Positions 11,546 through 24,310 of a DNA stretch of 64,000 bases are shown here, piece by piece (positions within the stretch are counted from its first letter, which is position 1; each line of letters starts with the position of its first letter). The position numbers were made by a program, and so were the translations under genes. The notes below the pieces were generated by a model. The model saw only the letters and a list, made by a program, of their open reading frames with translations. It was not told the DNA's origin and ran no database searches. This stretch comes from Octopus sinensis (lineage: Eukaryota), in NCBI RefSeq assembly GCF_006345805.1, contig NW_021833421.1:11801-75800 (forward strand), read 5' to 3'.

Positions 11546-12982
11546 TATTGCACATGCACTTGTACGCACATACACACTAACAGATATATACACAGACGCA
11601 TGTGTGTGTGTGTGTGTGTGTGTGTGATATAATACCTCCTCACAGTGCAGACGACTCACGAGTGTTCAGTAGTATACAGAGAAACGTGAACAGGCGAGAA
11701 GTCTGAAATCTATCCACCATTTTACTTGTGTTTAATATCGTTTATTTTCAACGAGTGGCTCGCTTAAATACCTCGCCCGAGGGTGTGAAGCAGGTAAGCT
11801 AATGAGAAAATCCTGAAGATAGAGCACGTCTAAACAGAAGGTTGTATTATTAGCCTGTATAGAACAATATCTGAAGTATATCTTTTATATGTTTCTGTGA
11901 AAAGATGTTCAAAACAGTCGAGCGCCCTCATCTGTATGAACATGTCCGCGAATACAATAAAATGTTTCTAATTCAATGCCCGCTCCCTGCGCGGTGTCTG
12001 TCACCAGTAAGATGAGCTGCAGTCTATTGTCTTCAATCACGTGACCATCCTTCAACTCCAATATATAGTACTGACAGAATAAACGTATACATACAAGGCT
12101 AGAAATTGCTTCCTTCTCTAAACCACTAGATTAATTGAATTGGTTCAGTTGGAAATAGGAAGGATTTGGTGCTATTATTCAGCCAGACATGAAATTATGT
12201 CTGCTTTACAGTACAGTGGTCAATGCCGTAATCTATATGAATAGAAATCAAAAGTGCTTTTGTTTTGTTTTTTGTTTTTATGTTATGCCAGTAACGATCC
12301 CATGGCAAGTATGGTTTGTTTATACCGCAGAATGTTTTATACAATGGAACCAAAGAAAGGATTGACTGATTGTTTAGCAACATTTTGCTGTGGAACAAAA
12401 ACAAATAACATACTAATGTTGTTGTTGTTTTTTATCCTCCGGCTCAGCCATATCTAAACAGATCCACGATCAAAGCGTTCCAACAATGACTATCCCAATT
12501 TTCTCTTAGTCATTGCATATCTTCGGCCACATTATCCTATGTATCTCTCAATTTTTAAGACGGTAGGATGTAATTTGAGGGAGATTTAGTTGCCGATTTT
12601 AACCAGGTCGATCGACCACGAAGGTGATCTCTCGTTGGTTCGAATGAAATACAGTATTTGTTCGGTCTTATAAAAGATTATCAGGTAATAACAAACGAAT
12701 TTATACGTAGACGGAGACCGTGATGATAGCACGCATTATAACAATCCTTATGCACCCAGAGGAATTTTCTTTGGTCACATTTTTGTACCGGTTTATTGAG
12801 CCAATAATAAAACAATACCTTTGGAGGGTACTGGCTATGTAAGCAGAAATTTCTCTTTCTTTTTCTACCCCAACAAACTCTGCTGTAGCAAGGTACTATT
12901 GTTCTTTCTTCAAGCATAAATCTACCCCAGACCGGATATGATCTTTTCTACTCTCGTTCAGATGGCTTTAGTACGACACACA

Positions 12983-13353
12983 GGAGGCGCAATGGCCCAG
13001 TGGTTAGGGCAGCGGGCTCGCGGTTTCGATTCCCAGACCGGGCGTTGTGAGTGTTTATTGAGCGAAAACGCCAAAAAAGCTCCACGAGGCCCCGGCAGGG
13101 GATGGTGGTGATCCCTGCTGTACTCTTTCACCACAACTTTCTCTCACTCTTACTTCCTGTTTCTGTTGTACCTGTACTTCAAAGGGCCGGCCTTGTCACT
13201 CTCTGTGTCACGCTGAATATCCCCGAGAACTACGTTAAGGGTGCACGTGTCTGTGGAGTGCTCAGCCACATACACGTTAATTTCACGAGCAGGCTGTTCC
13301 GTTGATTCGGATCAACCGGAACCCTTGTCGTCGTAACCGACGGAGTGCTTCCA
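12983..13353 (+). mobile_element. tRNA-derived SINE, family B, near full length
   Basis: A/B-box head, tail ending gtaaccgacggagtgc, degenerate TSD agtacga(c/g)aca(c/g)a. Confidence 0.9.
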
Positions 13354-13736
13354 AGTACGAGACAGACTTTACTTGAATGAAACATCTAATTACCGTATCT
13401 CTATTCCTTCTGGTCACCCATGTCGATTTCACTTATTGTAACATGAGCAACGTTTTCCCCTCCTCAAAAATACGAATTCCACAGAAAGAACTTCAATTCA
13501 AGAAGAACTGTGTAACAATGCTTCCACAACACGTTTAACCCACATTGGTTTTTATATTTTTATATTTATATTTTTATTTTTAATATTTTAGTTTCATCTA
13601 TTGTTGTTATTGTTTGTAACTGGTGAAGGTGCTTAGTTTAGTGGCACTCCCAATCACAAGATCGTCCTTTCTATTCCTGGATCAGGCGGGGCGTTGTGTT
13701 CTTGAGCAAAACACTTCATTTCAGGTCGCTCCATAC

Positions 13737-13777
<41 letters not shown>

Positions 13778-13938
13778 CTCTTTCTTTTAATTTTTTTTTA
13801 CTTGTTTCAGTCATTTGACTGCGGCCATACTGGAGCACCGCCTTTAGTCGAGGAGATCGACCCCGGGACTTATTCTTTGTAAGCCTAGTACTTATTCTAT
13901 CGGTCTCTTATGCCGAACCGCTGAGTGACGGGGACGTA
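13778..13938 (-). mobile_element. Family A SINE, 3' fragment
   Basis: tgtttcagtcatttgactgcggcc...gccgaaccgct matches the 7964 copy. Confidence 0.85.
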
Positions 13939-14395
13939 ATATATATATATGAAATCACGCGTCTGTCGTTTCTAGCAATGTGGAAAAATACAATTCAAGA
14001 ATAACAAATAAAACAAAAAATTAGCAAGGACTTGTTTTAAACCTCGCTGAAAGATCGTCACATTTATTTCAGCGGCTTCTCTCGTTCGGGTCTTATCGGG
14101 TCAGAGAAAAAGCGAGGTGAGTACGTTCAGGGGCTTCCAAAAATGTCGGCGATGCTAGACTCAAAAAACTATAAACGGGCCCCCACTCCATTTGTAGATT
14201 TGGAAAACTGTTGATTCCTTGCTGAGCTCATCCGCCCCTGCAAGTGGGTTTTTAAAGACTTTTTTTCTTCTGTCAGTTTGTCACCCACCCTCCATACATT
14301 AGGGCGTTGACGGTTTAGTCACCGACAGCTCATCCATGAAACAGGTTGTACTGGTTTGCAGGATCACCAGCTGCAGATCATATGTATGAGTGTGT

Positions 14396-14435
<40 letters not shown>

Positions 14436-14539
14436 CGTGTGTGTGTGTGTGTGTATTAATATATATATATGTATGTGTATATGTGCATGTATATGTTTGC
14501 TTGTGTGTGTGTATAATATTTGTAATATATGTATCTATG

Positions 14540-14591
<52 letters not shown>

Positions 14592-14654
14592 CATATATAT
14601 ATTATATATATTATAATATATATATCATATATAATATATATATATATTAATATA

Positions 14655-15848
14655 AAAGGGCTTAGTAAAATAATTACTTTGCCGCATACTGAACTCATTA
14701 GAAATAGCAGCTAAAAACTTTTTTAAGGCTATTTCTAATACTTAAAGAAATCTCTCTCCATTGTTGAAATTATAATTAATCTCCCTCTGATTAATGCTTC
14801 GGATTTTACCGAAATAAGCATAGTGTTTGATGATTTTAACCCACGCTGGTGGAAAGGGGAGAACAGAGATTCTTCGCTTGCTTATTTGAATTTGTTGGCA
14901 CTGTTAGTTGGGAGCAGATCTTCGAAAGGGTATGTTCTTATTTTCAGTGTTTCCAAATCCAAACCAAGGAATTTCTGAGCCGATGATAGAAATGTTGTTT
15001 TGACTAATCTTGAAACGTACGTTCTCCAATACCTTAGCATTTGATTTTTCGATGTCTTACCCCCACTTTTGTGAGTTGAATAAAGCAAACACTATATATG
15101 AGAGAGATTTTCTTTAAGTATTAGAATAGCCTTAAAAAAGTTTTTTAGCTGCTATTCTAATGAGTTCAGTATGCGGCAAAGTAATTTATTTTACTAAGCC
15201 TTTTATATAATGTAATAATTTGAATTCGCCTTGAATGGTCCCTTTGCATACTGAACACTTGGTGAAATTGATTAATAATTAATTATTTTACCCTCATTGT
15301 TGAAATTATAATTAATCTCCCTCTGATTAATGCTTCGGATTTTACCGAATAAGCATAGTGTTTGATGATTTTAACCCACGCTGGTGGAAGGGGAGAACAG
15401 AGATTCTCGCTTGCTTATTTGAATTTGTTGGCACTGTTAGTTGGGAGCAGATCTTCGAAAGGGTATGTTCTTATTTTCAGTGTTTCCAAATCCAAACCAA
15501 GGAATTTCTGAGCCGATGATTAGAAATGTTGTTTTGACTAATCTTGAAACGTACGTTCTCGAATAACCTTAGCATTGATTTTTCGATGTCCTTACCCCCA
15601 AACTTTTGTGAGTTGAATTAAGCAAACACTATATATGAGAGAGTTTTCTTTAAGTATTAGAATAGCCTTAAAAAAGTTTTTTAGCTGCTATTTCTAATGA
15701 GTTCAGTATGCGGCAAAGTAATTTATTTTACTAAGCCCTTTTATATAATGTAATAATTGAATTCGCCTTGAATGGTCCCTTTGCATACTGAACACTTGGT
15801 GAAATTGATTAATAATTAATTAATTTTACCCTCAATTGTTGAAATTAT
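14655..15848. mobile_element. Two tandem ~537-bp units plus an inverted ~100-bp partial copy, flanked by (TA)n; Penelope pLTR-like architecture
   Basis: Units 14759-15294 and 15295-15832; 14655-14758 is the reverse complement of about 15100-15205. Family assignment is inferred from architecture only. Confidence 0.6.
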
Positions 15849-16257
15849 ATATATATATATATATAATATATATGAGCATGTATATGCTTGTGTGTATGTC
15901 TGTGTATGTGTATAGGCGCCTGTGTGTCTGTTAACATATATGTCCTTATATATATATGTTTGTGTGTGTTCATGTATACAATCGTGCAGTAAGCAACCAA
16001 AATGGAGGATAAAATACATGGCTATCCCAAAATATTTTTTCTACTCTACGCAAAGGCCCGACTATACTGGAATATCAAAGGATATAAAGCTGCATAAATG
16101 AGCGAATGATTATGCTGACACGTCTAAACATATCTTTCTTTTACTCTTTTATTCTTTAACATGTTTCAGTCATTTGACTGCGGCCATGCTAGAGCACCGC
16201 TTAAAAAAAACACAAAAAAACCTATATCTCTGCAGACAGAAAAAAATGTAAGTGATG

Positions 16258-16692
16258 TGCGCAGGAGTGGCTGTGTGGTAAGTAGCTTGCTTACCAACCA
16301 CATGGTTCCGGGTTCAGTCCCACTGCGTGACACCTTGGGCAAGTGTCTTCTACTATAGCCCCGGGCCGACCAAAGCCTTGTGGGTGGATTTGGTAGACGG
16401 AAACTGAAAGAAGCCCGTCGTATATATGAATATATATATATGTGTGTGTGTGTGTGTGTTTGTGTGTCTGTGTTTGTCACCCCAACATCGCTTGACAACC
16501 GATGCTGGTGTGTTTACGTCCCCGTAACTTAGCAGTTCGACAAAAGAGACCGATAGAATAAGTACTGGGCTTACAAAGAATAAGTCCTGAGAGTCGATTT
16601 CCTCGACTAAAGGCGGTGCTCCAGCATGGCCGCAGTCAAATGACTGAAACAAGTAAAAGAGTAAAAGAGTAAAGAGTAAAGAGTAAAGAGTA
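16258..16692 (+). mobile_element. Family A SINE, full length
   Basis: Reverse complement of the 7964 copy with a (gtaaaga)n tail; an opposite-strand tail fragment lies at 16136-16202. Confidence 0.92.
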
Positions 16693-17062
16693 ATTTGGGT
16701 GCTAATTGAAATTATCTTCAGAGGCCATTTACAATCCCCGTTCTCGCTACAAAGAAACACATAGCTACTGGCTCTGTAAGCGCACAAAATATGGCAGTAT
16801 CTGCGAATTGGAAGTTTAATTTATAAAATTTTTAGTACCTATGCGCTGGTAGCTATTTTAATTAAATATTAAATTATGCACTAAGTAGCTGCGAATACAT
16901 ATCTGATCTTAAACAGTTTACAAGTCTTAGCCGAAGTTACGTAAATGCGTAACAAATGACATTGATGCAGAAATGAATGAGCTGAGATGTTTGACCGTGT
17001 CCGAATCATTATTTACGCATTTACGCGGCTTCATTTAAATCGAGGGAACTTTGAATACACGA

Positions 17063-17138
<76 letters not shown>

Positions 17139-17143
17139 GTTTG

Positions 17144-17238
<95 letters not shown>

Positions 17239-17243
17239 GTTTG

Positions 17244-17306
<63 letters not shown>

Positions 17307-17390
17307 GTCTGTCTGTCTGAGTGTCTGTCTGTCTGTCTGTTTGTCTGTCTGACTGTCTGTCTGTCTGCCTGTCTGTCTGTCTATCTATCT
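17063..17390. repeat. (TCTA)n/(TCTG)n array
   Basis: Seen directly. Confidence 0.95.
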
Positions 17391-18210
17391 AAAAATATCT
17401 ACATACATACACATGTATACATCTGGGTATAAATATATATATATATACATATATGTGTGTATGTGTGTATGTATGTGTGTATGTGTATGTGTGTTTGTGT
17501 GTGTGTCTGTGTGTGTGTGTGTGTGTGTGCATATAAAATAAATGACGAGGGTAGAAATTGATATTAATCAATTAAAACCAACAGCTTAGCATATTGAAAA
17601 AGGCCGAAGATTAAAAACTATATTACATACAAATTAAGAGGAATGACCACCATTTGTCTTGCTCTAATTTACATTCTGGCGTTTTGCTGAAATTTTTCTT
17701 GAGAACGCACTCTTCATGGTAAGGCAATTTGACATCTATCTTTAGCATATTAGGAGTCCACTTTCAGTGGTCATTCATCTTAATTTGCATGTGCATATAC
17801 ATATATATATATATATATATATGCATATAAACATAGGCAATATGAGCATGCGCGTGTTTGACAACCACGCACACACTTACACTCACACACACGCACATAT
17901 ACATGCACACACGCACATATACATGCACACACGCACATATACATACACACACATGTTTCTGTGTAAGTGGTGAAAACAATGGTTTATAAAAATGTAAACT
18001 CGATTTCTTCGAATACAAGAAATTCCAATAAATAAATAAATAAATAAATAAATAAAACCCCCATCCTGCGTTTGTTTCACCGAGTTGAAGAACCCCTTCC
18101 TTCTTTCGTTTTCAGAAACATAGCAAAATAGTGATTGGCCATTGGGAACATACAACCAGTTTCGATATGAAAAAAATAACCGAAAAATATATTATGGTAT
18201 TTGAAATATT

Positions 18211-18802
18211 CTTTTCTACTCTAGGCACAAGGCCCGAAATTTTTGGGAAAGGGTTCAGTTGATTAGATCGACCCCAGTAAGCAACTGGTACTTAATTTAT
18301 CGACCCCCGAAAGGATGAAAGGCAAAGTCGACCTCGGCGGAATTTGAACTCAGAACGTATAGACAGACGAAAACCTATTTCTTTACTACCCACAAGGGGC
18401 TACACACAGAGAGGAGGAACAAGGACAGACAAAGGGATTAAGTCGATTATATCGACCACAGTGCGTAACTGGTACGTAATTTATCGACCCCGAAAGGATG
18501 AAAGGCAAAGTCGACCTCGGCGGAATTTGAACTCAGAACATACAGACAGACGAAATACCTATTTCTTTACTACCCACAAGGGGCTAAACACAGAGAGGAC
18601 AAACAAGGACAAACAAGGACAGACAAACGGATTAAGTCGATTACATCGACCACAGTGCGTAACTTGTACTTAATTTATCGACCCCTAAAGGATGAAAGGC
18701 AAAGTCGGCCTCGGCGGAATTTGAACTCAGAACGTAAAGACAGACGGAATACCGTTAATCATCTCGCCCGGCGTGCTAACGTGTCTCCGAACTCGCCGCC
18801 TT
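18211..18802 (-). mobile_element. Family D SINE trimer bounded by one 17-19-bp TSD
   Basis: Three cores in tandem with one head; ttatggtatttgaaatatt at 18192-18210 and 18801-18819. Confidence 0.9.
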
Positions 18803-19114
18803 ATGGTATTTGAAATATTGTCTGACTACAGCGAGCCCTCATCAAGCATCAAGCGACACATGTTCATATGTAAATGTCACATATAAGACTATAATAGTTT
18901 TAATGCTGTTCTATAATAATTCAGGTGTTAAAAAACGCTGAAGCTGGAGATGCAAGTCGACATGTTGCTTTTTAAACTTAGTTTTTAATCTCATTTAGTT
19001 TTGTAGTCGTGCATATTCTCTCGAAGTGTTCCTGTGTGTATGTGTGTGTTTGTGAGTGTGTGTATATTTATGTGTGTGTGTGTGTGTTTGTGAGCGTGTA
19101 TTTGTGTGTGCGTA

Positions 19115-19185
<71 letters not shown>

Positions 19186-19262
19186 AATATTAGGGAATAA
19201 ATCGAAATTTACAGGGAAAAAATCAGATTTAGGATTAAATCCAATTTTATAGTAAAATATTA

Positions 19263-19531
19263 TATAATATTAATTAGAGACAAAACCACTATTTTGCAAA
19301 ACAAACAAGGAAAGACTTAATCAATACATAAAATATTAATAAAAATTAAAAAAAACCTCCACTACAATTTGAAACTGACTTGAAAATCGGAAATCCACCT
19401 GAAGATTGTCGATCAAGACATGAAACAATTGTAGTGGCGGTTTTTTTACTTTTTATTAAAATTTTATGTATTGATTAAGTCTTTCCTTGTTTGTTTTGCA
19501 AAATAGTGGTTTTGTCTCTAATTATATTAAT
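19263..19531 (+). mobile_element. Penelope-like inverted-repeat element (~105-bp arms) between (TA)n tracts
   Basis: 19263-19369 is the reverse complement of about 19427-19531; a hammerhead lies in the spacer and right arm. Confidence 0.8.
19395..19437 (+). ncRNA. Type I hammerhead ribozyme motif with intact catalytic core
   Basis: CCAC-CTGAAGA-T-TGTC(GATCAA)GACA-T-GAAA-CAATTG-TA-GTGG: stem I CCAC/GTGG, palindromic ACAATTGT stem III, predicted GUA cleavage after 19433. Confidence 0.8.
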
Positions 19532-19541
19532 ATATATATAT

Positions 19542-19576
<35 letters not shown>

Positions 19577-19579
<3 letters not shown>

Positions 19580-19771
19580 AGAGTTTAACGAAAAAATAAA
19601 AGACGAAGATAGGTGGTGTACAAACAGATGTATTAGTATAACGCTCAGGAATTGAAAAAGTCTTTTACGTTTCGAGCCTACGCTCTTCTACAGAAAGGGG
19701 CACAGAAAAAACAAGGAGAGAAAAGAAAGGAGAAAAAAAATGTGTGTAGTGGCTAACGATCTATCATGGCG
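19577..19771 (-). mobile_element. Hammerhead-bearing Penelope-like short element (motif 19661-19698, copy 3)
   Basis: Minus strand CCTTT-CTGTAGA-A-GAGC(GTAG)GCTC-GAAA-CGT-A-AAAGA; 3' end abuts (TA)n. Confidence 0.8.
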
Positions 19772-19789
19772 TATATACATATATATATA

Positions 19790-19993
19790 CAGTGTGTCCC
19801 AGAAGTCGCGCACCGTTCTGGTTTTTATTAAGAATAATTAAAGCATTTTATTTTATTATATATTTTTCGGCATGTTTTATTGTAGAGGGTACTCAATTTG
19901 AGCATTTGTTATGATTAATTTCAATAACGTATTTCTGAAATCAGTAAGAATGTATTCTTTTAAAAAACCACGGTGGTGCCCGACTTCTGGGAC

Positions 19994-19999
<6 letters not shown>
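19790..19999. mobile_element. Tc1/mariner-type MITE
   Basis: TIR cagtgtgtcccagaagtcg / cgacttctgggacaccct, flanked by TA on both sides. Confidence 0.75.
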
Positions 20000-20042
<43 letters not shown>

Positions 20043-20201
20043 TACTTATGCACACACGCACACATACTCTTATAAATGTGTGTGAGTCTCTGTGTGTGTA
20101 AATACACATTATATACACGCACACACACATATATATGCGTGTATATATATATATATATAAACATACATAATATGTTACATACTTTATATTTGTATGTATA
20201 T

Positions 20202-20235
<34 letters not shown>

Positions 20236-20497
20236 ACGCATGCATGAATGTATGTATGTATTTATGTCTATGTGTGTGCATGTATGTATATAGTACGTAT
20301 GTATGTATGTATGCTTGCATATTTGTATGTATGTGCGTGCAAACATCTGGAGTTAATCATCTGCTGATGTAGATCTGACAACAATGTTTAGCTAAACAAC
20401 GATTCTTATATAGAATTAATTGGTTTAAATACTCTTTAGAGTTTAAATTCTCTTTTTTTTTACTCTCACACATCAATTCCATTTTCTGCCTCTTCGT

Positions 20498-20543
<46 letters not shown>

Positions 20544-20769
20544 TACAACCATAATGGTTTCTGTATGACTAAGTCACTAAATAACTTCGTTCACCTTACT
20601 ATCAGTTGTTGGTCATCCACTTGTTGATGTCGTCCTCGTGATAGACATCAGCAAGTCTTTCAGGTTTGTTACTAAATTTGGAGAAAGGTCAATGAGCTCT
20701 CTCGCCCCACTAATCCATTTATGACTTTCGTAAACACAACGAAGCTACTCAAAAGAAATAACTCTCTCT

Positions 20770-20975
20770 ATTACAGGCGCAAGTCTTATGATAACGAAGT
20801 GGGTAGTTGGTTGACGTCGACCCCAATGCTCAACTGGTACTTATTTTATCGACCACGGAATGATGAAAGGCAAAGTCGACATCAGCATCATTTGAACTTA
20901 GAACGCAAAGGCGGAAGAAAAATCACCAAGCATTTTATCCAACGTGCAACCGATTCTGCCAGCTCGCCGCCCATC
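20770..20975 (-). mobile_element. Family D SINE, degenerate
   Basis: ttttatcgacc..gatgaaaggcaaagtcgac..ccagctcgccgcc. Confidence 0.75.
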
Positions 20976-21036
20976 CTTTCTTTGTTTAAAGCTATTAAAA
21001 AGTAAGAAAAGTAATAACACGAATAACCATATCTTT

Positions 21037-21183
21037 AGGCCATGACTGTGCTGTAAGGTGTTTGTTTCCCAGTCACATAGTTCTGGGTTCAGTCCCACTG
21101 CATGGCACCTTGGGCAAGTGTCTTCTACTATAGCCTTGGGCCGACGAAAGCCTTGTGAGTGGATTTGGTAGACGGAAACTGAG
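21037..21183 (+). mobile_element. Family A SINE, 5' half
   Basis: gggttcagtcccactgcatggcaccttgggcaagtgtcttctactatagcc. Confidence 0.8.
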
Positions 21184-21821
21184 ACACAAGCATGCACACA
21201 CACACACACACACACATACAGACAAAATTTGCTTTTCTTACATTTATTCAAACCCCAAAGAATCCCTCTCAGCACATGGCTATGATGCTCCACCCCACTA
21301 CTTCTACTCATGATTAGAGATGCACATATTGTCACCCAAGGAGAAGACACGCTCAAGTGGTGAAGGTCAAGCAACTGACAAACAAATCTGTGGTGTTGAG
21401 CCGGAATAATTGCTGTAACGATATTTCTGCTTCAGCAACTCAGCTCTGAATCTGTCTGAAATGTAATGGAAAATAGTTGAGCTTCAAAACATTGATGTCC
21501 AGGTTACAAAAGTAAAGTTTGAAGGAAATTGTAACCATTTCCTCTGATTTCAAGATAGAACCGAATAGGGAATAACACTTACTGACCAAAGACAAAAAAG
21601 AAAAACATATGTATGTTACGCTGTATAACTAAACTAGGCATCAAAATAAAAGTAGTTATAAAAGGAGTGTTCTTTTTTTTAAAATTCGAATAGTAAAGAA
21701 CTTCACTTCGCAATTACAAAGCCCCTTGTTCGATCCAACCGAGTGGAATCTTGGGGCAAGTGTCTTTTCTCATGCACCCGAGTTAACCCTCGGCTTACAA
21801 CTCTTTTGAAGTACATCAGAT

Positions 21822-22087
21822 GGATTTATGGCAGCAATTCGGCGATCCTTCGGTATAGATACACACGTGACTTTGTTTACATTTCTGAAGATAACAGAAA
21901 CCCTTTTCTCCTTACCCTAACCCTAACCCTAACCCTAACACAAACCCTAACCCTAACAGAAACCCTAACCCTAACCCTAACCTTAACCCTAACCGCCCCA
22001 TATATAAAAAAAAACACTTTCTTGAAATGTATCCGGTACTTCCGGTACTTATACCGAAATTACGCCCAGCAATTCGATGTCCAATCC
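21822..22087. mobile_element. Divergent MITE with GGATT ends and a long internal (CCCTAA)n
   Basis: Imperfect TIRs sharing ggatt..ggcg..ttcggtata; tttacatttctgaaga motif before the array as in the 5589 copy; array at about 21913-21992. Confidence 0.55.
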
Positions 22088-22659
22088 GTATCACACACTG
22101 ACTCATGCCGATTCCACTTAATAGTTATCTATATTATTAGTATACAAGTCTGTAGAATACTCGATTAGTTACGCCTATTCCAGTGAGCAGGTATTTCTGA
22201 GTACTTATCAACTGAGTACTTATTCGTCGAAACCAACGGAGATCCATTTACTGTGCAAGCAATTAACTCAGCAGAGACATTTACGTGTCTAGCAGTATTT
22301 ATGTATTTGTACATAGAGTTTCTCCTATGGAAGGCTCATCGTTTTCGTTATATACATCATATTCTGGATATGCTACTTTAGCATGTCAGTGTAAGCTACT
22401 TTTTCGAATGACGACTTCCTGCTTCCCCTTTTAAGGTCCAGCTGAAGAAAAGGACCCTGAATCTAGTCGGAAATCAATGAGAGCATCGGGTTCACGTTTA
22501 CAAGGGTTATATATATGGTCAGATTATACAGGCAGTTATATGCATACATAAATATATATCGCTTGAGTATACGCATATATACATGCATACTTACACTAAT
22601 ACAGACTCTCATCATGCCTGTCTATGCATTCAGACTGGCGCATTTAATATAGATTGTAC

Positions 22660-23160
22660 GCACGTACGTACGTGCGTATGTATGTATGTATGTTGTTATG
22701 TATGTATGTATGTATGTATGTATGTTGTATGCATGCATGGCATGTAGTATGTATGTATGTATGGATGTATGTATGTATGATGTATGTATGAATGTGTTGT
22801 ATGTATGTATGTATGTATGTATGTTGTGGTATGAATGTATGTATGTATGAATGTGTGTATGTATGTATGTAGTGTGTGTATGCATGTATGTGTGTGTATG
22901 TATTATGTATGTAGTGTGTATGTATGTATGTATGCATGTATGAATGTATGTATGTATGTATGTATGTATGTATGTGTGTATGTATGTGTGTATGTATGTA
23001 TGTATGATGTATGTATGTATGTATGTATGTATGTATATATACACATTACATACACACAGACATACATACTGTTTCCAACTATCTCCACACATGTATACTC
23101 TCACGTATTCATATAATGTATATATATGTTTGTTTATATATAGGTGTGTGTGTATATATA

Positions 23161-23218
<58 letters not shown>

Positions 23219-23220
23219 TA

Positions 23221-23258
<38 letters not shown>

Positions 23259-23389
23259 TATATATATACATATATATAAGACACACACACACATATATAT
23301 ATGTATATTATATATACATACATACATACAGACATACATTTATTTGTAAACACGCATACTTGCACACACAGGCACGCGCACGCACACAA

Positions 23390-23421
<32 letters not shown>

Positions 23422-23445
23422 ACACACTCACATACACGTAATTAC
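22660..23445. repeat. Compound (TATG)n/(TA)n/(CA)n tract
   Basis: Seen directly. Confidence 0.95.
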
Positions 23446-23714
23446 ATTTACACGCTCAGACTGGGTGGGACTGCAAAAACTAGAGGTACCGCCCCTCCCC
23501 ACAGGATTAAAATCTTTTTGAAAAATAAAAATAAATCTCGCATATTTTATATCTCTACGCATAGAAAAATATACACAACATACATGCACGCGCACACACA
23601 TGCACTCACACTCACTCACATACACACACAGACACACACACATTCACTCACTCACACAGACACATACAGATGTGTCTGTATGCAATGTTTGTAGACTTGA
23701 GCTAGCACACGCCC

Positions 23715-23756
<42 letters not shown>

Positions 23757-23963
23757 GTAAGAGAGAGAGAGAGAGTGAGTAAGAGAGAGAGTGTGTGAGT
23801 GTGTGTGAGTGTGTGTGTGTGTGTGAGAGGGAGAGAGAGAGTAAGAGAGAGAGAGTGTGTGTGTGAGAGAGGGAGAGTGAGTAAGAGAGAGAGTGTATGT
23901 GTGTGTGCGTGTGTCTGAGAGAGAGAGAGAGTGAGTAAGAGAGAGAGAGTGTGTGAGTGTGTT

Positions 23964-23995
<32 letters not shown>

Positions 23996-24136
23996 TGTGT
24001 GTGTGTGAGAGAGAGAGAGTGAGTAAGAGAGAGAGAGAGTGTGTGTGTGTGTGAGAGAGTGAGTAAGAGAGAGAGTGTGGTTGTGTGTGTGAGAGAGAGA
24101 GAGAAGAGTGATAAGTAGAGGAGAGAGAGGTGTTGT

Positions 24137-24179
<43 letters not shown>

Positions 24180-24278
24180 TGAGAGTGAGTAAGAGAGAGA
24201 GTGTGTGAATTGTGTGTGAGTGTGTGAGAGAGAGAGAAAGAGAGTCAGTAAGAGAGAGAGAGAGTGTGTGAGTGTGTT

Positions 24279-24310
<32 letters not shown>
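23715..24310. repeat. Higher-order (GA)n/(GT)n compound repeat
   Basis: Recurrent gagtgagtaagagaga...gtgtgtgagtgtgtttgtgtg blocks. Confidence 0.9.

Noticed and set aside
11812-11845. CTGAAGA-TAGA(GCACG)TCTA-AAC
   Set aside because: Stem II is present but GAAA, stem III and a cleavage triplet are missing.
12681-12917. Non-repetitive minus-strand ORFs (78 aa and an overlapping frame)
   Set aside because: No recognisable domain and a purine-rich, weak acceptor; length is within chance.
18211-18802. Regularly spaced repeats suggesting a CRISPR-like array (also 27757-27975)
   Set aside because: There are no unique spacers; these are SINE multimers and a minisatellite in eukaryotic DNA.
21913-21992. 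True telomere or telomere fusion site
   Set aside because: Short, degenerate, single orientation and embedded in a TIR element.
22440-22485. CTGAAGA...GAC/GTC...GAAA
   Set aside because: 3-bp stem, no U16.1 and no stem I; at best an unrecognisable relic.
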